Below, one piece after another: positions 47,251 to 56,945 of a stretch of 64,000 bases of DNA (position 1 is the first letter of the stretch; the number at the start of each line of letters is the position of its first letter). Below the pieces are notes generated by a model. It worked only from the letters and a program-made list of their open reading frames with translations. It was not told where the DNA came from and did not search any database. Source of the DNA: Calditrichota bacterium (GTDB taxonomy: Bacteria; Zhuqueibacterota; Zhuqueibacteria; Thermofontimicrobiales; Thermofontimicrobiaceae); assembly GCA_013152715.1 (NCBI GenBank), contig JAADFU010000097.1, positions 1,276-65,275 of the forward strand. Direction: 5' to 3'. The translations under genes and the position numbers were made by a program.

Positions 47251-48992
47251 TTTGTCAGGATCATCTTCTTTGTTGCTGTAAATGAGCCTGCGGTTAATTT
47301 GTAAATATAGACGCCGCTTGGTAGATCAGAAGCATGCCAGGTGATTCCCTTGAATCCGGCATCCATCTGTTTCTGGTCGATCAGAGTCGCCACTTCTTGT
47401 CCCAGATCGTTGTAAATTTTGAGCGTCACCTTCGCCGGCTGCGTCAGATCAAAGGTGATGTTCGTTGTCGGATTGAACGGGTTGGGGTAATTCTGATGCA
47501 ACTCAAACTCAGTCGGCAAAATTTGTGTGACTTGGTCGTTTACGCCAGTAGCGCGAGCTTTAATGGTATCAGTCGGAACGCCAATGTAGTAAAACTGATC
47601 TGCCTGACTTGTGTTGAAATGACGACGGTAAACAATGTGCAATTTATCCGTGGCAAAACGCGCCATTCCACAAGGCGCATGTCCTGTCCATTTGTCTAAA
47701 ACAGACACTGGTCCATGCCAGGTATCGCCGTTGTCTTCGGAGTACATAATCATAATGTTGTAATTGAAAGCGTAGGGATCGCCCATCGCGCCAGTCGTGT
47801 CAACGACGTCACTGTAGGCATAGTAAAGAGTGCCATCCGGGCCTACTGCCGGGTCGTTAAACAGAAAAAGTTCCTGATCCGGCGAAAAATCACCCAGCGC
47901 AGCCAATCCGTTATCCAGAAAAGACGGAAAAGCGAATTTGTTGATTGACCAAGTGGAACCGTCAAAACGGAAATCGAAGCCACGATAGGGTTCCGGAAAA
48001 TCAGGATAAACGTAGTCCATGGTGTCGGTTCCGAGAGCGAAAATGTGCCAGTTGCCATCTTTGTCCACAAAAGGAGCCGTGAAATTTTTGTACACATCGG
48101 CATTGGCAAATTGCAAAGTTTCGGCGCCGGGGATGATGGAAATCGGCGACCAGGTCATTCCGGCGTCGTCGGATTTGGCGTAAAGAAGACGCCAGAGATC
48201 ATCGTCGCTGTACCATTGTCCCAATCCGGAAACAAAAGCCGCATTGTTGGGACCAAGTCCTACGCCTAATCCGGAAGAAGAAAGATCAATCACGTAATTC
48301 GGTTTGCCGCTGTCTGATTTTGCGATAGAAGCGACAACTTTAGGCCTGCTCCAGGTGATGCCGCCATCTTTAGAAACATAGTAATACAGCCCTTCCCCGG
48401 GAGCCTTGCTAGAGGTGTGATAACTGCCAACGGCCCAGAGTTGGTCATTATCCGGAGCCACAGCGACAGAATTGTAGCGGGAGTAAAGCACGGTGTCCGG
48501 CGTTCCGGAATCATCAACAAAATAGTTAATGAACGCACCGCCGCCCCAACCGGCAATGTCCATTGCCACAACAGGTCTGCTGTCGCGATCGCTTCCGCCG
48601 GGATTCCTGTCAGCATAAACGATAATCGGCGTTGTGGGAGTGCCATATACCGAGGCATAACGCGCATTCATTTCGTCGCCAACGCCAAAGTTGATTTTTT
48701 CGTGAACTGTCCAGGTCTGGCCGCCGTCGATAGATGTGGCAGCAGTAATGCGACGAGGATCAGGCCCGGAACTGTAGTAGCGGTACCAGGCAGTAACCAG
48801 ATTTCCTGTTGTGGGTTCGCAAAAAATCTGCATTTGCACGCCGCGGTAAATTCCATTGTAAACAGCGGAATCCACCAACACCGGCGTCACAATCGACACC
48901 GGTTCCGGTTGTGCCTGTACGAGCTGCGCCGCGAAAAGCAACAGTATGAGCGCTGCAAAGACTGTAGCCTTCTTCATAACAGCCTCCTTCAT
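47247..48992 (-). CDS. BNR/Asp-box repeat (sialidase-like) secreted protein with a T9SS CTD.
   Basis: Signal peptide. Four SxDxGxTW Asp-boxes (SIDGGQTW, SKDGGITW, SDDAGMTW, SEDNGDTW). C-terminal NYPNPFNPTTNITF...SGVYIYKLTAGSFTATKKMILTK. Confidence 0.75.
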   Translation of the reverse strand: MKEAVMKKATVFAALILLLFAAQLVQAQPEPVSIVTPVLVDSAVYNGIYRGVQMQIFCEPTTGNLVTAWYRYYSSGPDPRRITAATSIDGGQTWTVHEKINFGVGDEMNARYASVYGTPTTPIIVYADRNPGGSDRDSRPVVAMDIAGWGGGAFINYFVDDSGTPDTVLYSRYNSVAVAPDNDQLWAVGSYHTSSKAPGEGLYYYVSKDGGITWSRPKVVASIAKSDSGKPNYVIDLSSSGLGVGLGPNNAAFVSGLGQWYSDDDLWRLLYAKSDDAGMTWSPISIIPGAETLQFANADVYKNFTAPFVDKDGNWHIFALGTDTMDYVYPDFPEPYRGFDFRFDGSTWSINKFAFPSFLDNGLAALGDFSPDQELFLFNDPAVGPDGTLYYAYSDVVDTTGAMGDPYAFNYNIMIMYSEDNGDTWHGPVSVLDKWTGHAPCGMARFATDKLHIVYRRHFNTSQADQFYYIGVPTDTIKARATGVNDQVTQILPTEFELHQNYPNPFNPTTNITFDLTQPAKVTLKIYNDLGQEVATLIDQKQMDAGFKGITWHASDLPSGVYIYKLTAGSFTATKKMILTK

Positions 48993-49079
48993 TTGGTTAA
49001 AAGTGAAAAGTGGATTAAAGTGAAAAATTTGAACTCATCTTCATTTTGGGCGTCGCACACATTATGCGACATTTTTTTA

Positions 49080-50492
49080 TTAGCTCCCAATAATTGTTTC
49101 ATCATCCCGAATTTTCGGCGCAATGGCGAATCCTGTGTATCCGTAGATAATCGCGAAAACAAATCCAGTGTAACACATGACCGCCCACGGCAAATAAGTC
49201 AACGTGGAAACTCCCAGCGTTCCCGCCATGAAAACGCCTGCCATGCTCCAGGGAACGAGCGGCACAACCACAGTACCGGAGTCTTCCGTTGTTCGGGACA
49301 AATTTTTTGCCGCCAATCCGCGCGCTTTGAACGCCGGAGAGAAAAGCTCCCCGGGAATGAGAATCGTCAAAAACGAACTACCGGTCATGAGCGCCACAGC
49401 GATGCCGGAAATGACTACCGATAAAATCAATGAGCCGGTCGATTTGGCGACCTGGAGCAAACGCTGAAGCAAAACATCCAGCATGCCGGCCTTTTGCACG
49501 ATTCCGGCAAAAGAGAAAGCGCAAAACGCAATCAAAGTTACGTGCATCATTCCCGCCATGCCGCCGCGGGAAAACAAATTGTCCACGACTTCGACCCCGG
49601 TTTTGGATTCGTAACCCACAGTCATGGCGTTCACCATTTCGACCATGTTTGTTTTCTGGAAAATCAGCCCCAAAATTGTCGCCACCAGGGACGCGATAAT
49701 CATTCCCGGAATCGTTGGCTTTTTGCTAATGGCAAAATACAAAATAATCACCGGCGGCAGCAGCAACAAAATATTGAATTGAAAATTCGACTGCACCGTG
49801 TCCAAAATCAAGGTCATTTGCTGCGATTCCATTGAAGAAGACCCGTAGGAATAGCCGGCGATGAAATAAACAACGAGTCCCAACAGCCACGCCGGCGTTG
49901 TCGTCCAGAGCATGTGCCGAATGTGGTCGAATAGATTGCTTTTTGCGGCGATGGGCGCTAAATTTGTCGTGTCGGAAAACGGAGAAAGTTTATCCCCAAA
50001 ATAGGATCCGGCGACAATCGCCCCCGCCGCGGCACCGGGCGGAATACCCAGTCCGTGGGCGATTCCCATGAAAGCCACGCCCATTGTGCCGACTGTCCCC
50101 CACGAAGTGCCAGTGAATAAAGAAACCACACTGCACACCAGAGAGGCAGTGAGCAGAAAGAATTTTGGAGAAATTATTTTTAGTCCGTAAAAAACCAACA
50201 TGGGAATTGTCCCGGCTGCAATCCACGAGCCGATTAATAGTCCCACACAAATGACAATAAGCATCGCGGGCATGGCTTTGGCGATGCTTTCCACGATTCC
50301 TTCTTCCAATTCTTTCCAATTGTAGCCCAATCTGAGCGCAATAAGTCCGGAACAGAAAGCAGCGGCAATGAGCAAAATTTCCGCGCGCAAACGAAAAACG
50401 CCGTAGCCAATGCCCAGAAAAAGCGCCATCAAAATAAGAGGAAGTAGTGCTTCAAAGAACGTTGGTTGTCGTTTGTCTCTCTGTTTTACCAT
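49080..50492 (-). CDS. nhaC: Na+/H+ antiporter, NhaC family.
   Basis: 470 aa with ~11 TM helices. NhaC-family conserved blocks. Confidence 0.7.
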   Translation of the reverse strand: MVKQRDKRQPTFFEALLPLILMALFLGIGYGVFRLRAEILLIAAAFCSGLIALRLGYNWKELEEGIVESIAKAMPAMLIVICVGLLIGSWIAAGTIPMLVFYGLKIISPKFFLLTASLVCSVVSLFTGTSWGTVGTMGVAFMGIAHGLGIPPGAAAGAIVAGSYFGDKLSPFSDTTNLAPIAAKSNLFDHIRHMLWTTTPAWLLGLVVYFIAGYSYGSSSMESQQMTLILDTVQSNFQFNILLLLPPVIILYFAISKKPTIPGMIIASLVATILGLIFQKTNMVEMVNAMTVGYESKTGVEVVDNLFSRGGMAGMMHVTLIAFCAFSFAGIVQKAGMLDVLLQRLLQVAKSTGSLILSVVISGIAVALMTGSSFLTILIPGELFSPAFKARGLAAKNLSRTTEDSGTVVVPLVPWSMAGVFMAGTLGVSTLTYLPWAVMCYTGFVFAIIYGYTGFAIAPKIRDDETIIGS

Positions 50493-50538
50493 CTAATATC
50501 TCAAATCCATTTTTTTCTTCACGGATCTAATCTTTGAC

Positions 50539-52155
50539 CTATTTTTCAATGGGCTCCCATTCGCCGTAATATTCAGTGTAAATCCGACATTTGCCTTTAG
50601 ATTTCCAGTGGTAGTTGAAATTGTAAGTCCAATCCATATATTCAGAGCCGCCGCCGCTGGTAGTGGTGATGATGTAACGGCGGTCGGTATCGCCAATGCC
50701 GGCGGCTTGATCCGCCGGCCTGGTTTTGTCGCCCTTGTTGGCGTCGAAAGGAATCCAGCCGTAATGGGGCAAATAGACTTCGCACCAACGATGGAAAACT
50801 TCGTCCAGGCTGGCGTCGTCACCGCGGCGAGAAACCGTTCCGACGTAGCGCGCCGGAAGTCCCATGGCGCGACACAGTGCGACAAAAGAAAATGAGTATT
50901 CAGAGCAGGAGGCGGTGCCGCGTTTCAGTACCGTCGGCGCTGTGTTCCAGCCACCGACGGGTTTCAAATTGTAAGAAAGATGGTCGATCAGATAATTGAA
51001 AACTTTTCGCGCGATCCAGTAAGGATTTTTTTCATCACCGACAATTTTTTTTGCCAGATTTTGAATGAACGGATCGCGGATCATTAATTTTTTCCCATCA
51101 ACCAAGTATTTTTGTTTGATGTCACCGGGAATATCATCAAGCGTGCCCGTTTTCGCAGGATCGAGGAAATATTCAATGCCGTAAACTTTTGCCTTCACCG
51201 TCATCGTGGCGCGAAAGAAATTTCCGCTTTTCAAATTTGTGACATGGTAATGGGCGACTCTTTGTCCCCATTGGTCGGTCAAAATGGCCGTCGGCTGCGG
51301 CGCGAAAGAAACCGGTTCAAGGAGTTCCTGATTATCCCGATTTTCCGGAATGGCGATGTACACATCCAGCTCAGTCACGTCGCCTGGGCCGTAATTGCGG
51401 AAGTCGATCGTGTTTTCCAATTTTCGCGCCTGACCTTCGTCACGAGTGAGAATTTCATCATCGTCCAATTTGATCTGATAGATTTTGTCCGACTGGTAAT
51501 CCACATTCCAGAGTGTTTTTCCGTCCCATGCCAAGCCGCGGGCGTAAGGCGCCGGCGCATGAAGAGCACTGATCACCATGCCTGATTTCGGACAAACGCG
51601 ATAGAGCATATCTTTGCCGCGATCAGTGATCCAGAGATATTTTCCGTCAAAAGCCATGCCGTCGGGATTGCCCGCCGGGGACGGAAAATGATCGATCATC
51701 ATGCCGTCCTCCGGATCCACGCTGAGCACCATGTCTAATTTGTCGTCCACGACCCAAAGCAATTTTCCGTCCCAGCAAATGTCTTTCGGGTGGCGCGTGT
51801 ACGATTCGATGATGCGTTCCGCTTCGCCGGTTTTTGTGTTCATGCGGTAGAGGAAATTTTCTTTGTCGTCGATGACCCACAAATAGCTACCGTCCCACGC
51901 CAATCCGGTGACGCTGAAACCTGGCGCGGGCAATGTTTTTGTGACAGCGCCGGTTTTGGGATTAATTTGGTACAGTAAGTCGGTCTTTCGGTCTGCTACC
52001 CATAAATTCTTTCCGTCGAAAGTGAGGCCGGTGGAAAAATGGCCCGGCGCCGGGAAAGACGAAATCACGTCGCCAACCCGTGCCTGAGCCAAAAGAGCAG
52101 TGGACATCACTATTAACAGGGAAACTAAAGCAACTTTGCATTTTTCAGATTTCAT
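50539..52155 (-). CDS. Beta-propeller + transglutaminase-like domain protein (no T9SS CTD), paralog of the 45142-47058 ORF.
   Basis: I place the start at MKSEKCKV..., which has GGAGGT upstream, not the track's 52182. Propeller blades (GLTFDGKNLWV, GLAWDGSYLWV and others). TGase core RGTASCSEYSFSFVALCRAMGLPARY...YGWIPFDANKGD. Confidence 0.7.
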   Translation of the reverse strand: MKSEKCKVALVSLLIVMSTALLAQARVGDVISSFPAPGHFSTGLTFDGKNLWVADRKTDLLYQINPKTGAVTKTLPAPGFSVTGLAWDGSYLWVIDDKENFLYRMNTKTGEAERIIESYTRHPKDICWDGKLLWVVDDKLDMVLSVDPEDGMMIDHFPSPAGNPDGMAFDGKYLWITDRGKDMLYRVCPKSGMVISALHAPAPYARGLAWDGKTLWNVDYQSDKIYQIKLDDDEILTRDEGQARKLENTIDFRNYGPGDVTELDVYIAIPENRDNQELLEPVSFAPQPTAILTDQWGQRVAHYHVTNLKSGNFFRATMTVKAKVYGIEYFLDPAKTGTLDDIPGDIKQKYLVDGKKLMIRDPFIQNLAKKIVGDEKNPYWIARKVFNYLIDHLSYNLKPVGGWNTAPTVLKRGTASCSEYSFSFVALCRAMGLPARYVGTVSRRGDDASLDEVFHRWCEVYLPHYGWIPFDANKGDKTRPADQAAGIGDTDRRYIITTTSGGGSEYMDWTYNFNYHWKSKGKCRIYTEYYGEWEPIEK

Positions 52156-52235
52156 GAATTGACCTCCCTGGAAATTGTACATTTAAATTTTTTGTCCCTC
52201 CAAAAGCTTAAAACCTCTGAAAGGATTCTGCTGCG

Positions 52236-53117
52236 TCATGATTTTGCAAAAAAATCTTTATGTACATCAAAACCAAACTCCGATTGAGCATTTTCAAATT
52301 GCGCCAACGCTTTGAGAGCAAATTCTTTGTCGCTCAAACCCAGCCCAGTAGCCAGAGCGTAAATAATGACAAAAATTGCGCCGATTGAATTGATAAACAC
52401 AATGTTGTGGGTTTTAACAGGGAAAACAACGTCTGAAAACCGCGTAATGGGAGATACGAGTTTGTCGGTGATGGAAATGACTTTTGCCCCGCGAGATCGA
52501 GCGACTTCGGCGGCATTTATGGTTTCAATTGAATAAGGAGGGAGACTGATGCCGATTAAGGCGTCGTTTTCTTGTAAAGAAAGTATTTGTTCGTGGAAGC
52601 TCAAACTACCGTGACTGAAAGCTTTGGCTTTTAACGACAATTTATTCAAAAAATAGGCAGCGATCTGAGAAAGGTACGATGATATCCCTAATCCCATGGC
52701 GTAGATGTGAGGCGCTTCTTTCAAAATGGCCACTGCCTTATCAAATGCCGCCTGATCGAGGGAGTGCAGTGTTTCCTGAATATTCTGGATTTCATCGCTG
52801 GCAATTGTCGTCAGAAATTCGGACCGGAGATGAGAGTTTTGCAATGCGGCTTTAAGTTTATTGGAAGGCTTGAGATCATTGCGCAGGCGATTTGTGAGCT
52901 CTGTTTTTAGCTCAAGAAATCCTTTGTAACCGAGCGATTGCGCCAGCCGCACGACAGTGGCCTTGCCTACGCCCAATTTATCTGCAATCGTATCAATAGA
53001 TGACAGAGCTATTTCTTCGGGATGATCTATCAGAAATTGAGCAATTTTTTTCTGATTTCGAGTGAGATGATCAAAGTTTTTGAGGATCAATTTTTTGTAA
53101 GAAGTTAAATCAGCCAT
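52236..53117 (-). CDS. RpiR/MurR-family transcriptional regulator (HTH + SIS domain).
   Basis: N-terminal HTH_6 (..LSSIDTIADKLGVGKATVVRLAQSLGYKGF..) and C-terminal SIS domain. Confidence 0.8.
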   Translation of the reverse strand: MADLTSYKKLILKNFDHLTRNQKKIAQFLIDHPEEIALSSIDTIADKLGVGKATVVRLAQSLGYKGFLELKTELTNRLRNDLKPSNKLKAALQNSHLRSEFLTTIASDEIQNIQETLHSLDQAAFDKAVAILKEAPHIYAMGLGISSYLSQIAAYFLNKLSLKAKAFSHGSLSFHEQILSLQENDALIGISLPPYSIETINAAEVARSRGAKVISITDKLVSPITRFSDVVFPVKTHNIVFINSIGAIFVIIYALATGLGLSDKEFALKALAQFENAQSEFGFDVHKDFFAKS

Positions 53118-53742
53118 GTCTTTAACTCCAATGAGATTGTGTTTTTATTCTTCAGCCGCAAAGTCTCCAGACTTAAAAAATTGGAAAGATCTTAACGACT
53201 TCTGTTTTTATGCTAAAATTTCTCATATCAGTTTAATCTGGCGACATTAGCGGCATGTTTTTATTTTAGTTTTTTGAACTTGAGAAAATCAACCGATCTC
53301 ACATTTAAAAGAGAAAGCTTGCCGGAAGTTGGTACAAAAAATGTTCTTTGCGTTTGAATTAAATTTTTCAGATGTTAATTACTGTGAAACTTTTGTACCA
53401 CTGCATTATATGTTTTTTTTATTAAAATGTCAAGAAAAATTTAAAAAAAGTGACAATAATTTTGAAATATTTGAATCAATGCTCGTTTCATGTTTGTTGT
53501 CCGAAGGGGGCAGAAAGCAGAAAAAAAATTTCATTGCAAAGCGGAGAGAACACTTCTAAAAAGAAAATCGCCGTAAATCTCCATATTTTCTTTCAATCGT
53601 TGAGTTCCGTCCATTCTGAAAAGATGAGATTTGACGTCGGTGGGTTTAATTCTCTGCCATTGTCAATCCTCATATTTACAAGTTGTCAATTTTCAACTTG
53701 ATTTTGACTTTGATTTTTTGTAAGTTATAAACACAATTCGAG

Positions 53743-54330
53743 TTGAATTCTGATACGACTCCTGAAAGGGGAAGATTGTTGGACAAGAAGCAGATATTCA
53801 CCATACCGAATTTTATTTCGTTCTTTCGCTTGTTGTTGTTAATCCCGGTAGGAATTTTTTTATGGAATGAAAATTATCTTGCCATGGGGCTCATTATTGT
53901 TATTGGAGTTGCTTCAGACTTTTTAGACGGTATTCTCGCGAGGCGGCTCAATCAAATTTCCGAAATGGGAAAAATGCTCGACCCGCTGGCCGATAAATTA
54001 GTGATCGGATTAACGACGGTGATATTGTACCTCAAACATCAAATGCCGCTGTGGTTGGTAATCCTCATCATCGGCAGAGATGTTGCCATTTTGATAGGCG
54101 GTTTATTTTATGCAAAAAGATTTAAATTCATTACGCCCTCGAATCTCATTGGGAAAATAACCGCCAACGTGCTTGCGGTGACTCTTATCAGTTATATTTT
54201 TCAAATCAACGTTCTCAAAGAGATTTTTTCAGCATTAACGGTCATTTTTGTTTTTCTATCCAGTGTCAGTTATTTGATTCGTTTGATTTACCATTTGCAA
54301 GGGAAAAAAGAAGTCGTACCAAAACTTTAA
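53743..54330 (+). CDS. CDP-alcohol phosphatidyltransferase (phosphatidylglycerophosphate-synthase-like).
   Basis: DFLDGILARRLNQISEMGKMLDPLADK matches the D(x)2DG(x)2AR...G(x)3D motif. Multiple TM helices. Confidence 0.75.
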   Translation: MNSDTTPERGRLLDKKQIFTIPNFISFFRLLLLIPVGIFLWNENYLAMGLIIVIGVASDFLDGILARRLNQISEMGKMLDPLADKLVIGLTTVILYLKHQMPLWLVILIIGRDVAILIGGLFYAKRFKFITPSNLIGKITANVLAVTLISYIFQINVLKEIFSALTVIFVFLSSVSYLIRLIYHLQGKKEVVPKL

Positions 54331-54363
54331 TAGCCACTTGTCATTGAAAATGGAGGTTAAGTC

Positions 54364-54567
54364 ATGGAAAAGGCGGGATATATTCTGCTGGGGATTGTCT
54401 TTCTCATTTATGTTGTGGCAATGTTCGTGGGGTTGATTGTAGCTTTTCCCTGGGGTCTTGTCGGATTGGTTGCCATTGCCGGGATCGGGCTGCTGTTCAT
54501 GAAGGTCGTTACTGACCGCATCGAAAACAAAGAAGACGATTACTACGACAAAAATGTTAAATTGTAA
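54364..54567 (+). CDS. Small (67-aa) two-TM membrane protein, hypothetical.
   Basis: ORF with two hydrophobic helices. GGAGG RBS. Confidence 0.45.
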   Translation: MEKAGYILLGIVFLIYVVAMFVGLIVAFPWGLVGLVAIAGIGLLFMKVVTDRIENKEDDYYDKNVKL

Positions 54568-54582
54568 AAAACAGGAGGTCGT

Positions 54583-54906
54583 ATGCTGATTACAACGCAA
54601 GATGAGTTTGCCGATTACCAAATCACGAAAACGCTGGGTTTGGTTCGCGGAAATACCATTCGCGCGCGTCATGTTGGAAAAGACATTCTGGCTGGACTGA
54701 GAATGCTCGTTGGCGGAGAAATTACCGAGTACACGAAAATGCTGGCGGAATCCCGGGAGCAATCACTGGATCGTATGATCAAAGAAGCCGAAGATTTGGG
54801 CGCTGACGCCATCGTTTGCGTCAGATTTACCACGTCCGCTGTCATGCAAGCATCGGCTGAACTGTTGGCTTATGGCACAGCGGTCAAAATAAAACCGAAG
54901 AAATAA
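54583..54906 (+). CDS. YbjQ/UPF0145 family protein.
   Basis: 107 aa with the typical YbjQ fold sequence (ITTQDEF...GLVRG...AESREQSLDRMIKEAEDLGADAIV). GGAGG RBS. Confidence 0.7.
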   Translation: MLITTQDEFADYQITKTLGLVRGNTIRARHVGKDILAGLRMLVGGEITEYTKMLAESREQSLDRMIKEAEDLGADAIVCVRFTTSAVMQASAELLAYGTAVKIKPKK

Positions 54907-54983
54907 ACTCGCCACGATCATAATGACACATTTTTTTATTGGAGATTCTGATTCCCCATACAATAAATCGGAAAGGTCTGTGA

Positions 54984-55769
54984 ATGAACACGGTTCGCTT
55001 ATTATCGTGGAACGTCAACGGAATTCGCGCTGCTCACAAAAAAAATTTCATGGAATGGCTACGCCGCGATCAGCCGGATATTTTATGTTTACAGGAAACA
55101 AAAGCGCAAGACGACCAAATTCCGGGCGACATTCGTGACGCCGAAGGGTATTATTTTTTTCATACTTCTGCCGAGCGCAAAGGATACAGCGGCGTCGCCA
55201 TGCTGACAAAGTTTAAGCCGACGAGCGTAAAATCGGGCATGGGAATTGAGAGCCTTGACAGCGAAGGCCGATTGCTGGAAGCGGATTTCGGGAATTTCAT
55301 TTTGTTCAATATCTATTTTCCAAACGGCAAACAATCTAAAGAGCGGCTGAAATACAAGATGGATTTCTACGAAGCTTTTCTGGATCGCGCCGATCGGCTG
55401 CGCTCTGCCGGGAAAAAAATAATCATTTGCGGCGATGTGAACACGGCGCACAAGGAAATCGATCTGGCGCATCCCAAAGAAAATGAGAAACGCAGCGGAT
55501 TTTTGCCCGAAGAGCGCGCCTGGATTGACAAACTGCTGGCGCACGGATTTGTGGATACATTTCGCCTGTTTGTCGAAGAAGGCGGCCACTACTCCTGGTG
55601 GGATATGCGCACCCGCGCGCGCGAACGGGACATTGGCTGGCGCATCGACTATTTTTTCGTCAGCGAAAATCTGGCGGGAGAAGTGAAAGACGCTTTTATC
55701 GACAAAGAAGTATTGGGCTCTGACCATTGCCCGGTAGGAATCGAGTTGAACGACAGTTTACTGAAATAA
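54984..55769 (+). CDS. xth: Exodeoxyribonuclease III (AP endonuclease Xth family).
   Basis: [16 protein letters not shown], ...[12 protein letters not shown]..., SDHCPV. These are the EEP-family catalytic motifs. Confidence 0.85.
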   Translation: MNTVRLLSWNVNGIRAAHKKNFMEWLRRDQPDILCLQETKAQDDQIPGDIRDAEGYYFFHTSAERKGYSGVAMLTKFKPTSVKSGMGIESLDSEGRLLEADFGNFILFNIYFPNGKQSKERLKYKMDFYEAFLDRADRLRSAGKKIIICGDVNTAHKEIDLAHPKENEKRSGFLPEERAWIDKLLAHGFVDTFRLFVEEGGHYSWWDMRTRARERDIGWRIDYFFVSENLAGEVKDAFIDKEVLGSDHCPVGIELNDSLLK

Positions 55770-55806
55770 AGTTTTCAAAAACGGGCGGCTGAAAACGCCC
55801 CGTAAC

Positions 55807-56616
55807 TTAGAAGCCCACAAAATAAAAAAATTTCATACAGTCCATGAAATCCTCGCAGGATAAACTTACCGTAAAATCATTTCTTCGCACCACGCCGGGA
55901 TACCAGGCGGCTTGATTGGTAAGGCGCGTTTTTTTGTAAGCTATCTCCATGACATAGGGTTTTTCCAGCCGAAAAGGCGCGATCCGGTCGATTCTTTCCA
56001 TGACAGAAGCGACCCCCTGGCGAATTTTTTCCTGCGCCACCTTGGGATGCAGATTCAAATTTGCTTCCCCAAATCCTTGCTTCACAGTCACCGCTTCGAT
56101 GTCGGGAATCAGTTCTTTTGCCTGTCGACAAATCAAATCATCTCCGGAAACAAAAATGACCGGAACATTCACGTAACCGGCAATGAGCGCATTCCAGCCC
56201 AATTCCGGCAGAGAAATGCCATTCACGCGCAAATCAAAAATATCGCCGCGCATGGTGTGCGACAGTGTCCCTTGCGCCGTCATGGCTTTGGCGTGATAAC
56301 CGATGAAAATCGCCGCAGCGAATGTTTCGTCAATTCCCTCCATCATCACCCACGGGCTATTTGCCCAGGCGCGCAGCAATCTGGCTTTTTCGTGCAGCCG
56401 ATCGGGAATGATGTTTTTTGCGTTGCCGTGAGCGTCGCGAACGACTATTTCCGTGGCGCCCTTTTCCAACGCGCCTTCGATGGCGGCGTTCACTTCGTCG
56501 GTCATGATTTTGCGGAAGTACTGATATTCCGCTTTGTCCGCTTCTGTCTCTGCCCAGTCAACAACGCCGGTGATGCCTTCCATATCAACGGAAATGTAAA
56601 TTTTTTTGTCGCTCAT
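55807..56616 (-). CDS. D-aminopeptidase DppA-like (M55 peptidase family).
   Basis: MSDKKIYISVDMEGITGV...RDAHGN...YHAKAMTAQGTLSHT. I place the start at the internal ATG at 56616, not the track's 56793. Confidence 0.7.
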   Translation of the reverse strand: MSDKKIYISVDMEGITGVVDWAETEADKAEYQYFRKIMTDEVNAAIEGALEKGATEIVVRDAHGNAKNIIPDRLHEKARLLRAWANSPWVMMEGIDETFAAAIFIGYHAKAMTAQGTLSHTMRGDIFDLRVNGISLPELGWNALIAGYVNVPVIFVSGDDLICRQAKELIPDIEAVTVKQGFGEANLNLHPKVAQEKIRQGVASVMERIDRIAPFRLEKPYVMEIAYKKTRLTNQAAWYPGVVRRNDFTVSLSCEDFMDCMKFFYFVGF

Positions 56617-56881
56617 GGCGTTTCCTTTAAAATCAGAATTTTTAACTTCGTTTTTGTCAAAAACTGTCGCAGAGAAAAATAATAAATGAGAAGGTGAAAA
56701 GCAACATTTTTTTTGAAGCGACATCTTATGATCTTTTCCGACGTCGCTCCATGAACAATGCCAAGGCGCAAAAAATATTTTCCAGCGCGCCATTTACAAC
56801 GAATGGTACAAGCAATTGAAAGCCAAGGCTAAAGTTGAATTTGAATAAACTGCCGTATCATTTCATTTGAAGTTGATCAAC

Positions 56882-56927
56882 AAAAAAATGACCGAAGCTA
56901 TTTTTGTCACTCCGGTCATTTTTTTAT
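56882..56927 (-). terminator. Strong hairpin with flanking A/T runs (AAAAAAATGACCG ... CGGTCATTTTTTT). Bidirectional rho-independent terminator downstream of the metallophosphoesterase gene.
   Basis: 12-13 bp perfect stem with adjacent T7 and A7 tracts. Confidence 0.6.
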
Positions 56928-56945
56928 GCTGCTTTTAAAATTATC

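Noticed and set aside
48355-48365. Apparent 1-nt discrepancy between my reading of the printed sequence (..ccaggtgatg|gccgcc..) and the ORF-track translation (SKDGGITW, an intact Asp-box). A compensating -1 appears somewhere inside nhaC.
   Set aside because: Most likely my character-level misreading. The track is internally consistent, so I used track coordinates. I do not report it as a frameshift.
48417-49424. 335-aa plus-strand ORF spanning the BNR gene start and the nhaC 3' end.
   Set aside because: Antisense to two well-supported minus-strand genes. Low-complexity, Arg-rich translation.
53118-53742. Two overlapping small ORFs (53329-53559 and 53450-53701) in the 620-bp divergent promoter region between rpiR and the phosphatidyltransferase gene.
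   Set aside because: Low-complexity, no RBS. The region is AT-rich promoter DNA. I treat them as non-coding.
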